A stretch of 48,262 nt of DNA from an uncultured Slackia sp. (GTDB lineage: Bacteria; Actinomycetota; Coriobacteriia; Coriobacteriales; Eggerthellaceae). Where the stretch lies: positions 1-48,262 of the forward strand of contig CAYTIS010000001.1 of assembly GCA_964438035.1 (NCBI GenBank), given 5' to 3'. Positions 37,821 to 47,576 of this stretch are shown here, piece after piece; positions within the stretch are counted from its first letter, which is position 1; the number at the start of each line of letters is the position of its first letter. The notes beneath the pieces were generated by a model, which saw only the letters and a list, made by a program, of their open reading frames with translations, was not told the DNA's origin and did not search any database. The translations under genes and the position numbers were made by a program.

Positions 37821-39497
37821 CTAGTTCGCTCCTTTCGCGTATGCAGACAGGCGCGCAGCAAGCGCACGCACCCGGTCATCGTTTTGCAGGGCAGCCGGGT
37901 TGGCAAAGAAGCGCGCCGTGCACGCCAACACCTCGTCCACCACCACCATGCCATTCTCGCGCAGCGTGGTTCCCGTAGCGGTAATGTCCACGATGCGATC
38001 GGACAGGCCCACGATGGGACCCAGTTCTATATTGCCATGTAAGGGGATGATGTCCACCTGCTGACCCAGACGCTCGTAATAGGCCCGGGTGATCTTGGGA
38101 TACTTGGTGCACACCCGGATGGTGCCCCGCCAGGCGTGGGCGCGCTCGGCCTTCCCAGCTGCCTGGGCAGGCTCGGCCACCACAAAGCGGCAGGCACCAA
38201 ATCCCAGGTCAACCAGCTGGATCACCCTGACACCCGCCTCGATAAGCGAGTCGCGCCCGCACATGCCGCAGTCAGCCCCACCAAAGGCCACAAAGGCTGG
38301 GGCATCCGTGGGCCGCACAATCACGTACTCCACACGACCATCGGCCGCAGGCACAATCAGGCGTCGACCCGGGTCGCGCAGCTCAGAGGTGTCCAAGCCC
38401 ACCGCCGTTAAGGCCGCCACCGCATCAGCAAAAAGTGAGCCTTTGGGCACAGCGATACGCAGGGGGCGCTCCCCCGGGGCCGCAGGCGTGCTTGCACCCA
38501 CGCCGAAATCCACCACGCGCAAGGCCCGCTCCAAATGCTCCAGCGAAAAGGCCAGGCCCACGGCTGAAAGCGGCTCAAAGCCCAGGCGCTCAAAAATCGA
38601 ATCGTAGCGCCCGCCCGAGGCGAGCGAATCCACCATATCGCCCCCGTAGGCCTTAAACACGAGGCCCGTGTAGTAGTCAAAGGCGGCCATGGTAGTGAAG
38701 TCACACACCAGATGCTCTTCAAAGCCGACAGCGCGAACCGCGTCGAACAGGGTGCGCAACGGCGCGGTCAGTTCTGACGACAGGCCCACCGAGGCCATGA
38801 GAACATCCACCTCATCAAGGGCCTTAAGCCCGCCGAAGATGCGGGGCAGATACGAGATAGCCGAGGCGAAGCTTGCAGAAAGGCGGCCTGAGGCGCGAGC
38901 CTGATCCACAAAATCATCCAGACCTACCAGATCAGAGTCGTCAATGAAGCGGCATACACTCACCTTGAAGGCCTCGTCGGGGGCGCAGGCATCCAAAAGC
39001 GTCTGGAGAATGCGCACATCTCCGCAGGCGATACGCCACGGGGTGATCTTGAGGGCCGCAAGCGTATCGGCCAAAAGGGTGACAAGCTCGGCATCGGCCG
39101 TGGCGGCCGCATCCCCAATCAGCTCCACCCCCACTTGGGTAAACTGGCGAGCATCGCCCGAGCGCACCTGGTCGCGCACCACCGGAGCGGCATAGCGCAG
39201 GCGAAAGGGAGCATCTTCGCGACGAAAGCGAGTGGACACCATCCGCGCCACCGACATGGTGAGGTCGGGGCGCAACACCAGCTGCTGACCGGTTTGGTCA
39301 AAAAGCTGAAAAGGCATTTCATCCAGATGCGCGCCGCGCCAGAACAGCTCATGGCGCTCGAACAGGGGTGTTTCCACCGGCAGATAGCCGCGCTCGGCAA
39401 AGCGCTCCTGCATCAGGGCCACAATCCGCTCCCGTTCGGCCGCCTCATCGGGCAGCACATCACGAAACCCTCGCGGGGTCGCTCCTATCACGCGCAT
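37821..39497 (-). CDS. hisZG: fused ATP phosphoribosyltransferase regulatory subunit HisZ + short-form HisG
   Basis: N-part TPRGFRD, LRPDLT, FTQVGVE, YYTGLVF, GGRYD; C-part RIAVPKG, VRPTD, DLGFGAC, TKYP, GNIEL, DITATGTTLRENG; one ORF. Confidence 0.92.
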   Translation of the reverse strand: MRVIGATPRGFRDVLPDEAAERERIVALMQERFAERGYLPVETPLFERHELFWRGAHLDEMPFQLFDQTGQQLVLRPDLTMSVARMVSTRFRREDAPFRLRYAAPVVRDQVRSGDARQFTQVGVELIGDAAATADAELVTLLADTLAALKITPWRIACGDVRILQTLLDACAPDEAFKVSVCRFIDDSDLVGLDDFVDQARASGRLSASFASAISYLPRIFGGLKALDEVDVLMASVGLSSELTAPLRTLFDAVRAVGFEEHLVCDFTTMAAFDYYTGLVFKAYGGDMVDSLASGGRYDSIFERLGFEPLSAVGLAFSLEHLERALRVVDFGVGASTPAAPGERPLRIAVPKGSLFADAVAALTAVGLDTSELRDPGRRLIVPAADGRVEYVIVRPTDAPAFVAFGGADCGMCGRDSLIEAGVRVIQLVDLGFGACRFVVAEPAQAAGKAERAHAWRGTIRVCTKYPKITRAYYERLGQQVDIIPLHGNIELGPIVGLSDRIVDITATGTTLRENGMVVVDEVLACTARFFANPAALQNDDRVRALAARLSAYAKGAN

Positions 39498-39570
39498 CTC
39501 CTTTACGACTGGGGCATCACCCTTGGCGGGCGCGCCTTTCAGTATGCCAGGTGGGCCTTCGCGGTGACAT

Positions 39571-39579
39571 ACTTTAGCA
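39571..39579 (-). promoter_or_regulatory. putative extended -10 of the his operon (TGCTAAAGT)
   Basis: TGnTAnnnT about 75 nt upstream of hisZG. Confidence 0.5.
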
Positions 39580-39632
39580 CAGCAGTGTAATAAAGCAATA
39601 CGAGAAGGGCATCGCCTCCCCCTTTCCCGAAC

Positions 39633-40547
39633 TTACAGACTCCCTAGGTCGTAAGGGGTGGTCTGGTAGACGTAGTAGTTCAGCCAGTTGGTGTAGAGCA
39701 GCTGCGCCTCTGCCCGCCATGACACAAGGGGCGGACGCGTGGGGTCATTATTGGGATAGTAGTTGAGCGGCACGCCGATGCTCAGGCCTCGCTCCACGTC
39801 GCGCTCGTATTCCAGCTTGAGCGTGTCGCCATCGTATTCGGGGTGTCCAAACACGAAAAAGTGCTTGGAGTCGGTGCTCTTGGCGATGGACACCCCGCAG
39901 TCATCCGAATACGAAATCACCTCAAGCTTCAGATTAGCCACGATGTCCTCATAACGCGTCTCGGAGTGGCGCGAATGGGGCATCATCGACACGTCATTGA
40001 AGCCGCGTACCAGCGGCGAGGAGGCCTTGAGCAGACGGTTTTCAAACACGCCGAAGCACTTCTCCTCAAGATTGTACTTGGGCACCCCATAGTGATGGTA
40101 AAGCGCTGCCTGCGCGCCCCAACATACATGAAAGACGCTGTGGACGTTCGTGAGCGTCCAATCCATGATCTCCTCCAGCTCAGGCCAGTAGTCAACTTCC
40201 TCGAACTCCATCATCTCCACCGGGGCACCGGTGATGATCATGCCGTCATAGCGCTGGTCGCGTACCTCCTTGAAGGTGCGATAGAAGGTCTCCAGGTGGC
40301 TAGCGGACACATGTTTTGACTCATGGCTGGCAATGCGCAGCAGTTCCACCTCAATCTGCAGCGGCGTGTTGGAGAGCTTGCGCATAATCTGCGTCTCGGT
40401 GACGATTTTGGTGGGCATGAGGTTGAGCAGCAGCACCCGCAAAGGACGGATGTCCTGATGCATGGCGCGATGCTCGGTCATGACGAAGATATTCTCGCCC
40501 TCCAAAACAGCGGTAGCGGGAAGCGCGTCGGGTATGCGAATAGGCAT
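39633..40547 (-). CDS. metA: homoserine O-acyltransferase, MetA family (predicted acetyltransferase)
   Basis: LNLMPTK, ITGAPVE, CWGAQA, PHSR, GHPEY, NWLNYYVYQ. Confidence 0.96.
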   Translation of the reverse strand: MPIRIPDALPATAVLEGENIFVMTEHRAMHQDIRPLRVLLLNLMPTKIVTETQIMRKLSNTPLQIEVELLRIASHESKHVSASHLETFYRTFKEVRDQRYDGMIITGAPVEMMEFEEVDYWPELEEIMDWTLTNVHSVFHVCWGAQAALYHHYGVPKYNLEEKCFGVFENRLLKASSPLVRGFNDVSMMPHSRHSETRYEDIVANLKLEVISYSDDCGVSIAKSTDSKHFFVFGHPEYDGDTLKLEYERDVERGLSIGVPLNYYPNNDPTRPPLVSWRAEAQLLYTNWLNYYVYQTTPYDLGSL

Positions 40548-40938
40548 GTGGCCTCCTTGGCGTAGAAACGGCGGCGCGAAGGCTTTCAGGCCGTGCGCAC
40601 AAGATTACGTCGGCATTGTACGGCACCCACCCCGCCCTCGTCGCGCCCGCTCTAAAACGCCTCTCGGAGGCATCTTCACTCGTACAAGGCACTTCCGAGC
40701 AATCAAGCATAAGAAAGCGTCCTTAGTGCAAATTTATCCGCACTACATCTGTCGCAGGTCGTAAGTTATTACCACCAGGTAGGACCAAAAGGAACGCGAT
40801 ATTGAAGAACAGACGGTATCGAACCCGACCAAGCTCCTCCTTGAGCTTGGTCACGGAGCCCGCCGAGCAATGCGTGTCCGCCCGTGCGCTCCTTGCGTTC
40901 ATTCGGGGGTGTACCACTTTTGCGTGGTGGAGTACCCG

Positions 40939-40944
40939 TATAAT
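40939..40944 (+). promoter_or_regulatory. putative -10 (TATAAT) of metY
   Basis: Consensus -10 about 60 nt upstream of the start. Confidence 0.55.
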
Positions 40945-41005
40945 GGCCCGCGCACCTCAGGCCCGCCGCATGCGGCGCGGGCACTACGTCAACAAAGGAG
41001 GCCCC

Positions 41006-42286
41006 ATGGCAGAACAGATTGGCACCACCTGCGTCCAGGGCGGATATCGCCCCGGCGACTCCCAACCTCGCCAGGTACCCATCTACCAGTCCACCACCTG
41101 GAAATACGACACTTCCGAGCAGATGGCCAAGCTCTTCAACCTAGAGGCCGCAGGCTATTTTTACACCCGCTTACAAAACCCCACCAACGATTTTGTAGCC
41201 GCCAAAATCGCCGAGCTGGAAGGCGGCAGCGCTGCCATGCTCACCAGCTCTGGGCAGGCGGCTAACTTCTTCGCGCTGTTCAACATCATGAGTGCGGGCG
41301 ACCACCTGGTGTCAAGCTCGGCCATCTACGGTGGCACCTACAACCTCATCGCTCACACCATGCGCCGCATGGGTATCGAAAGCACCTTTGTAGCCCCTGA
41401 CTGCTCCACCGAGGAACTGGAAGCGGCGTTTCAGCCCAACACTAAGGCCGTCTTCGGTGAAACCCTCGCCAATCCCGCGCTCGACGTGCTGGATATCGAA
41501 CGCTTTGCGCAGGTCGCCCACGCCCATGGCGTTCCGCTGATCGTGGACAACACCTTCCCCACCCCCATCAACTGCCGGCCGATTAAGTGGGGTGCCGACA
41601 TCGTAACGCACTCAACCACCAAGTACATGGATGGCCACGGCGCTGCGGTGGGCGGGGCCATCGTCGATGCCGGAACCTTTGACTGGAACGCCCATGCCGA
41701 GACCTTCCCCGGCCTGACCACCCCTGATGAGACCTACCACGGCATTGTCTACACCGAGCAGTTTGGCCTGGGTGGGGCCTTCATCACCAAGGCCACCACG
41801 CAGCTCATGCGCGACCTTGGCTGCATCCAAAGCCCCCAAAACGCCTATTACCTGAACCTGGGGCTTGAAAGCCTGCACCTGCGCATGCCTCAGCATGTCA
41901 AAAACGGTCAGGCCATGGCTGAGTTTTTGAAGGAGCATCCCAAGGTACGCTTTGTGAAGTATCCCGGCCTTGAGGGCGATGCGGGCTACGATCTGGCCCG
42001 CAAGTATATGCCCCAGGGTACCTGCGGCGTGGTGAGCTTTGGCTTTACCGGTGGACGAGAGGCGGCCGAGGCCTTCATGAAGAGCCTCAAGGTGGCCCAG
42101 ATTGCCACCCACGTGGCCGACGCGCGAACCTGCATCCTGCACCCGGCGGCCACCACGCACCGCCAGATGACCGACGAGGAACTGGCCGCCGCCAACATCG
42201 CACCCGACATGGTACGCCTGTCCTGCGGCATCGAGGCCACCGAAGACCTCATCGCCGACGTGGCCCAGGCCCTCGACCAGGCCTAA
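41006..42286 (+). CDS. metY: O-acetylhomoserine aminocarboxypropyltransferase (sulfhydrylase)
   Basis: PIYQST, YTRLQNPT, SSGQAA, VDNTF, HSTTKY, HPAATTHRQ; ATG 41006 after AAAGGAGG. Confidence 0.93.
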   Translation: MAEQIGTTCVQGGYRPGDSQPRQVPIYQSTTWKYDTSEQMAKLFNLEAAGYFYTRLQNPTNDFVAAKIAELEGGSAAMLTSSGQAANFFALFNIMSAGDHLVSSSAIYGGTYNLIAHTMRRMGIESTFVAPDCSTEELEAAFQPNTKAVFGETLANPALDVLDIERFAQVAHAHGVPLIVDNTFPTPINCRPIKWGADIVTHSTTKYMDGHGAAVGGAIVDAGTFDWNAHAETFPGLTTPDETYHGIVYTEQFGLGGAFITKATTQLMRDLGCIQSPQNAYYLNLGLESLHLRMPQHVKNGQAMAEFLKEHPKVRFVKYPGLEGDAGYDLARKYMPQGTCGVVSFGFTGGREAAEAFMKSLKVAQIATHVADARTCILHPAATTHRQMTDEELAAANIAPDMVRLSCGIEATEDLIADVAQALDQA

Positions 42287-42291
42287 GACAA

Positions 42292-42324
42292 GAAGGGCGG
42301 CCGGACCAGCCTGCGCCGCCCTTC
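42292..42324 (+). terminator. hairpin after metY
   Basis: GAAGGGCGGC/GCCGCCCTTC stem; weak U tract. Confidence 0.5.
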
Positions 42325-42432
42325 GCCTTGCCTATAAAGTCCGACAAAAACGAAAACTCTTCAGCACCAAAGAGCTGGAGACTGAATTGATGGGATGCAG
42401 CGGCAAGCGGCACCTTTGCTACAATGCCGCCT

Positions 42433-43041
42433 ATGTTTGATCAGATAACGCATATCGACCTGGCGATTTTGCACGCACTGCACGACACCTTCTCCACCCC
42501 CGTACTTGACGCGATCATGGCATCTGTGACTACCCTTGGCAACCTGGGGTTTATCTGGTTCGTCATCGCGCTCACCACCATCGCCATGAAAAAGCACCGC
42601 ATCTATGGAATTGCGATTGTGGTGGCGATTGTCTTCGCCTTTGTCATTGGTGACCTGGGTCTCAAGCATGTTTTTGGGCGGGCACGCCCCTTTGTAGAAG
42701 ACCCCTCACTTGCCACTTCGCTTATTGCCCTGCCGCAAAGTTTCTCGTTTCCCTCGGGTCATACCTCAAGCTCGTTTGCAGCCGCCACGGTGCTGTGCCT
42801 CACACCCTTCGCACATCGCTGGATCAAGCCCCTGGCCGCCACCGGGGCCATAGCGATTGCCTTTTCGCGCCTGTATCTGTGCGTGCACTACCCCTCGGAT
42901 GTCTGCGCCGGAGCCGTGCTGGGTGTAGTCTGCGGAGCAGTTGCCGTGCGCATCATACAACGGCTCTCCACCAAACCACCTGCCGCAAGACTGATTGAAG
43001 GAGATGCGAACAGCACCTCAGTCAGCTCCATCGCCGACTGA
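42433..43041 (+). CDS. PAP2 family phosphatase (probable undecaprenyl-PP phosphatase)
   Basis: KxxxxxxRP, FPSGH, SRLYLCVHYPSD; ATG 42433 lies 7 nt after TGCTACAAT. Confidence 0.92.
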   Translation: MFDQITHIDLAILHALHDTFSTPVLDAIMASVTTLGNLGFIWFVIALTTIAMKKHRIYGIAIVVAIVFAFVIGDLGLKHVFGRARPFVEDPSLATSLIALPQSFSFPSGHTSSSFAAATVLCLTPFAHRWIKPLAATGAIAIAFSRLYLCVHYPSDVCAGAVLGVVCGAVAVRIIQRLSTKPPAARLIEGDANSTSVSSIAD

Positions 43042-43065
43042 GGTCGCGTGTGCCCGGAAGGCTCT

Positions 43066-44016
43066 TTACCCAGCCGACCTGCACTCTTCGTCCTCAAAGC
43101 CCCACATCTTCACCTCGGGTTCCAGCCTGACCTCAAAGCGCTCATACACCCGCTGCTGCACCTCGGCGATAAGCTGGCGCACGTCAGCCGCGCTGGCCCC
43201 ACCCATGTTGACCACAAACCCGGTGTGTTTCTCGGACACCTGCGCCCCGCCCACGCGATAACCACGCAGGCCGGCATCCTGGATGAGTTTGCCCGCAAAA
43301 TAGCCCTCGGGACGCTTGAAGGTAGATCCGGCACTAGGCAGCTCAAGGGGCTGCTTTTCCTCACGACGCACTCGCAGCTCATCCATCCGCGCCTTGATGG
43401 CGGCTGGCTCATCGGGAGTAAGCTCCAATACGGCCTCCACCACAAGATAGCCCGCCTCGCCCATCATCGAGTGTCGATAGGACCAGTCTGCTTGGTCACG
43501 ACTCACCCGCACCAGGTCGCCTGCGGGCGTGACGCAACCCAGCTCCACGCACACGTCCTTGAACTCGCCACCATAGGCCCCCGCATTCATAATTGCTGCA
43601 CCGCCAATCGTGCCGGGAATGCCGCTGGCGAACTCAAATCCAGCAAGACCCGCCTCAAGGGCCGCCTCGGCCGCCTCGGCATTGGTGGCCCCGGCTTGAA
43701 CCGTCAGACGCCTCCCCTCAATGCTCACCGCACCAAGATTGTCCAGAATCTGCAAAACCACACAGCGCAGGCCCGCGTCGGCCACCAAAAGATCACTTCC
43801 CTTGCCCACCGCCACCAAAGGCGCCCGAGCATCGCGACAGACGCGCATCACCGCAGCGGCCTGCTCAGCACTGCGAGGGCGCACGAGCACATCCGCCGGC
43901 CCTCCAATCTGAAAGGTGGTATGCCTGCTCATAGGCTCGTCAAGCAGTACGCCCCCCTCTCCCACAAGATTTTTGAGAGCGACAATAAGCCCTGGAGTGA
44001 TGGCAGAATGCGACAT
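43066..44016 (-). CDS. murB: UDP-N-acetylenolpyruvoylglucosamine reductase
   Basis: HTTFQIGG, GIPGTIGGA..MNAGAYG, QPLELPSAGSTFKRP, LEPEV. Confidence 0.97.
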   Translation of the reverse strand: MSHSAITPGLIVALKNLVGEGGVLLDEPMSRHTTFQIGGPADVLVRPRSAEQAAAVMRVCRDARAPLVAVGKGSDLLVADAGLRCVVLQILDNLGAVSIEGRRLTVQAGATNAEAAEAALEAGLAGFEFASGIPGTIGGAAIMNAGAYGGEFKDVCVELGCVTPAGDLVRVSRDQADWSYRHSMMGEAGYLVVEAVLELTPDEPAAIKARMDELRVRREEKQPLELPSAGSTFKRPEGYFAGKLIQDAGLRGYRVGGAQVSEKHTGFVVNMGGASAADVRQLIAEVQQRVYERFEVRLEPEVKMWGFEDEECRSAG

Positions 44017-44043
44017 GAATTCTCCTCAATTGCGTGACTAAGA

Positions 44044-44403
44044 CTACCCCAGCAGCCGATCCCAATCGGCCTCTTTGAAGCCGGTGAGCACGAAGTCCTC
44101 GCCCACCACGAGGGGCCGCTTCACGAGCATGCCGTCGCTGGCGAGCAGGACATAGCTCTCCTCGTCGGTCATCCCCACATCGAGCTTAGCCTTAATGCCT
44201 AGCTCACGATACTTCATGCCACTCGTATTGAAGAAGCGGCGCAGAGGCAGCCCACTACGCCGATGCCACTGTGCCAACTCCTCAGCAGTGGGGTTGTCCT
44301 CCACTATATGGCGCTCGGTATAGGCCACCCCGTGCGCATCAAGCCATGCCTTGGCCTTTCTGCAGGTAGAACACTTGGGATAGGAAAGAAAGAGAACACT
44401 CAT
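44044..44403 (-). CDS. ArsC/Spx family protein
   Basis: CSTCRKA, FFNTSG, LVKRP; TATAAT at 44455-44460. Confidence 0.92.
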   Translation of the reverse strand: MSVLFLSYPKCSTCRKAKAWLDAHGVAYTERHIVEDNPTAEELAQWHRRSGLPLRRFFNTSGMKYRELGIKAKLDVGMTDEESYVLLASDGMLVKRPLVVGEDFVLTGFKEADWDRLLG

Positions 44404-44484
44404 GTCAGAGCCTTTCTCGTCGATGATAAAAAAGCGGGGTGGTCGTTTTGCGGCATTATAGGCCAGAGCGTGCGCACGCCACCT

Positions 44485-46182
44485 CTATCCCTGGCGGCCA
44501 CTCAGCAGACGCATCACCGCCTCGGCCACGCGCAACCCATCCACGGCAGCTGACATGATACCTCCGGCATAGCCCGCCCCCTCCCCGCAGGGAAACACGC
44601 CTCGGCAGATTGCACCCGATACAAACGAAGCCTCAAGCGTCACGCTATCGCGCAGGATGCGCACCGGGCTTGAACTGCGCGCCTCCACCGCCGTCATCAC
44701 CGCATCGGGCAGAGCAAAGCCGGGTAGACGGCGATCGAGCAAAGGCAGAGCCTCACGCAAGGACTCGGCCACAAAGTCAGGCAGCACCTCGTCTAGGCTA
44801 CCCCAGCGCACCCCACGTGGATGACTGGGTCGCACCGCATTGAACTCGCCGCGCTCAGCGCTTGTAGCACGGCAGGCAAGGAAGTCCTCCACCCGCTGGG
44901 CGGGAGCAGCATACGTCTTCCCACCGGCCACAAAGGCCGCCCGCTCGAGACGGCGCTGCAGTTCCACCCCAGCAAGCACGTCATCGCCCGGCAGATCAGA
45001 AGGTTCAATACCCACGAGCAGACCCGCGTTGGCGTTGGCGCCATCACGCGCAAAGCGGCTCATGCCGTTTACGCACAGCCCACCTTCCTCAGAGGCCGCG
45101 CACACCACCTCTCCACCAGGGCACATGCAAAAGGTGTACACGCCGCGCCCCCCAGGCAGGTGCACCGCCAGCTTGTAGTCGGCTGCACCCAAGGCCGGAT
45201 GCCCCGCCGCCTGTCCGTACTGCACGCTATCGATGAGCGCCTGCGGATGCTCAATGCGCACCCCTACCGCAAAGGGCTTACGCTCTAGGGCCAGACTCGC
45301 CTCTCGCATGACCTCGAAGGTGTCGCGCGCCGAGTGCCCGCAAGCCAATACACAGGCCGCAGTTTTAATCTGATGCAAACCTTCCTTGTCATGCACCCGC
45401 ACACCCACAAGCTTGCCCTGATCAAAGACGAAGCCCTCGAAGCGCGTGCGCGGTAGAATCCTGCCGCCCTGCTCCTCAATCTGATGGCGCAGCTTCTCCA
45501 CGATGCCCACGAGCTTGTCGGTGCCCAGGTGCGGCTTGGCCCGCCACAAAATCTCATCCGGCGCACCGGCCTGGACGAGGATACGCAGCACGTCCTTACA
45601 GCGAGGGCTTTTGATGTTGGTTGTGAGTTTGCCATCCGAAAACAAACCCGCCCCGCCCTCGCCAACCTGCATGTTGCTCTCGGGGTCGAGCGCGCCCCCT
45701 GCGTTGAAACCCTCGATGGCCTCCATGCGGGGCTGTGCCAAATCACCCCGCTCCACCACCACGGGCTTGGCACCAAAGCGCGCAAGTGCCCAGGCGCACA
45801 TCAGACCAGCAGGCCCTGCCCCCACCACTATCAAAGGCCGCTCATCCAAAAGCATGCCGAAGCGGTTCGGGTCAAGCGAGGCATCAAAACTCAGCAGGTC
45901 AAAGGGATCGCGCTCGACCTCAGCCATCTTCACCTGTACAGGACCAGCAGGTTTGCGACCAAGTGCGCGCCGTTCGTCTGCAGGGGCCAGCTCCACAACA
46001 AAGGAGCAGACGAAGCGCACCTCGCCCTTCTTGCGCGCATCCACACTGCGCTTGGTCAGGCGCACACGAACGAGAGCATCGGGGCGCACCCCCAGCGCCC
46101 GGGCTAGGGCCTTGCGCGCAATTGTTCCTTGCACATCAAGCCCTGCATCAAGCGGCAGGCGCAGATTGCGTACCTCAAGCAT
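44485..46182 (-). CDS. FAD-dependent oxidoreductase (COG2509-like)
   Basis: VGAGPAG, GEGGAGLFSDGKL, TFCMCPGG, GEGAGYAGGIMSAAVDG. Confidence 0.9.
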   Translation of the reverse strand: MLEVRNLRLPLDAGLDVQGTIARKALARALGVRPDALVRVRLTKRSVDARKKGEVRFVCSFVVELAPADERRALGRKPAGPVQVKMAEVERDPFDLLSFDASLDPNRFGMLLDERPLIVVGAGPAGLMCAWALARFGAKPVVVERGDLAQPRMEAIEGFNAGGALDPESNMQVGEGGAGLFSDGKLTTNIKSPRCKDVLRILVQAGAPDEILWRAKPHLGTDKLVGIVEKLRHQIEEQGGRILPRTRFEGFVFDQGKLVGVRVHDKEGLHQIKTAACVLACGHSARDTFEVMREASLALERKPFAVGVRIEHPQALIDSVQYGQAAGHPALGAADYKLAVHLPGGRGVYTFCMCPGGEVVCAASEEGGLCVNGMSRFARDGANANAGLLVGIEPSDLPGDDVLAGVELQRRLERAAFVAGGKTYAAPAQRVEDFLACRATSAERGEFNAVRPSHPRGVRWGSLDEVLPDFVAESLREALPLLDRRLPGFALPDAVMTAVEARSSSPVRILRDSVTLEASFVSGAICRGVFPCGEGAGYAGGIMSAAVDGLRVAEAVMRLLSGRQG

Positions 46183-46293
46183 TCAACCCTCTTTTCGATT
46201 TGGTTTCGCGCGTCACCCAGCCCCAGCCCAAGGCCCCGCCCCTGGGTCTTGGCCTCAGGCCTCTCCCCTAACCTCGGGTCCGACCCCAGGCCG

Positions 46294-46325
46294 AAAAAAA
46301 AGAGCCAAAACAGCCTCGGCTCTTT
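46294..46325 (-). terminator. intrinsic terminator after the HI0933/BaiN-like gene
   Basis: AAAGAGCC...GGCTC followed by 8 T on the minus strand. Confidence 0.75.
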
Positions 46326-46355
46326 CATGCACTCCTGAAATAATGAGGTACTTCG

Positions 46356-47576
46356 TCAGCACCCCGACGCTGCAGCGCGGCCGGCGAGAATACCACTTGT
46401 CCACGCCCAATGCAGGTTGTAGCCCCCGCACCGCCCGTCCACATCCAAAGCCTCGCCGCACACGTACAAACCCGGATGCGCCCGGCACGCCATGGTCTGC
46501 GCGCTGAACTGGTCAAGCCGATATCCCCCGCACCTGACCTGAGCTTGCTTAGGGTCGGCAATGCCCTTGTACATCAGCCCGAAGGACTCAGAGACCATGG
46601 CCAGCACCACCGCCTCCTGCTCGGCGACGATCGGCTCATCGGGATTGAGGCCAGAAGCCTTTACCACCGCTCGCGCCACCGGCCCAGGAAGCATGCCTGC
46701 CATCACCTGAACAGCCGAGCGCGTGGGGTGCGCCATGGCCGTGTCATAGATGAAATCCACTTTCTCCTGGGGATCCATATCGGGCAGCATATCAATATAG
46801 ATGGTCTGACCCGGCTTGACATAGCGCGACATATCGAAGGCTGCAATGCCAGAAATCCCATAATCCCTGAACAGGATCTCACCATAGGCCTCAGGTCCGC
46901 TTTTCACCTCTTCGCGAACAGGGTCGACCACATCCAACCAGGCCTCGCGCAGCTCCTGGGCATCGCGGTCAAGATAGAGCCGGGCGCGCACGCGGATGCC
47001 CGAAAGCCCCTTGATGGGCCGCGTGTCACACCGAAGAGCCGCGAGCGCCGGGCGCGCAGGCGTAAGCGACACATCCTGGGGCAGCAAGCCCTGAGGCGGC
47101 GCACCCCCTACACACACAATCACAGCATCAAAGCCCTCAGCGTGCCCGTCTTTAAAGCACACCTCCCAGCCGCCCTTGCGCGACACCACGCAAGTCACCT
47201 CGCAACCGCAGCGCTCGCGCGCCCCAGCCTCCTCAGCCGAGAGCCGCAAAAGGTCAACTACGGTGGAAGCCCTGCCGCTATACGGATAGATGCGCCCCTC
47301 ATCCCCCTGATACATCAGTAGCCCCATATCGACAAAGAACAGGTGGACGTCTTCAGGACACAACATATTCATGGCCTTCTGCACAAAGGCAGGCCGGTTG
47401 TAGTCCTTCGCCAAAATGTCAGCATTACTGATATTGCAGCGCCCGTTGCCCGTAGCGAGAATAGGCTTGCCCACCCGGTCGGCCGCTTCGAGGATCTCCA
47501 CCTGGGCACCGGCGCGCCCCGCCTCAATGGCAGCCACCAGGCCTGAGGCGCCACCGCCGATGATGGCTATGCGCAT
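46356..47576 (-). CDS. HI0933/YhiN (BaiN-like) flavoprotein
   Basis: IGGGASG, ATGNGRCN, GRIYP, GEALDVDGRCGGYNLHWAW; ATG 47576. Confidence 0.92.
   Translation of the reverse strand: MRIAIIGGGASGLVAAIEAGRAGAQVEILEAADRVGKPILATGNGRCNISNADILAKDYNRPAFVQKAMNMLCPEDVHLFFVDMGLLMYQGDEGRIYPYSGRASTVVDLLRLSAEEAGARERCGCEVTCVVSRKGGWEVCFKDGHAEGFDAVIVCVGGAPPQGLLPQDVSLTPARPALAALRCDTRPIKGLSGIRVRARLYLDRDAQELREAWLDVVDPVREEVKSGPEAYGEILFRDYGISGIAAFDMSRYVKPGQTIYIDMLPDMDPQEKVDFIYDTAMAHPTRSAVQVMAGMLPGPVARAVVKASGLNPDEPIVAEQEAVVLAMVSESFGLMYKGIADPKQAQVRCGGYRLDQFSAQTMACRAHPGLYVCGEALDVDGRCGGYNLHWAWTSGILAGRAAASGC

Noticed and set aside
39498-39570. His attenuator or T-box; short uORF MSPRRPTWHTERRARQG
   Set aside because: Only one His codon, and no T-box or terminator
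19809-44037. Long antisense ORFs (e.g. 19809-21011, 35151-36548, 36732-38042, 43048-44037)
   Set aside because: Shadow frames of well-supported genes, expected from high-GC codon bias
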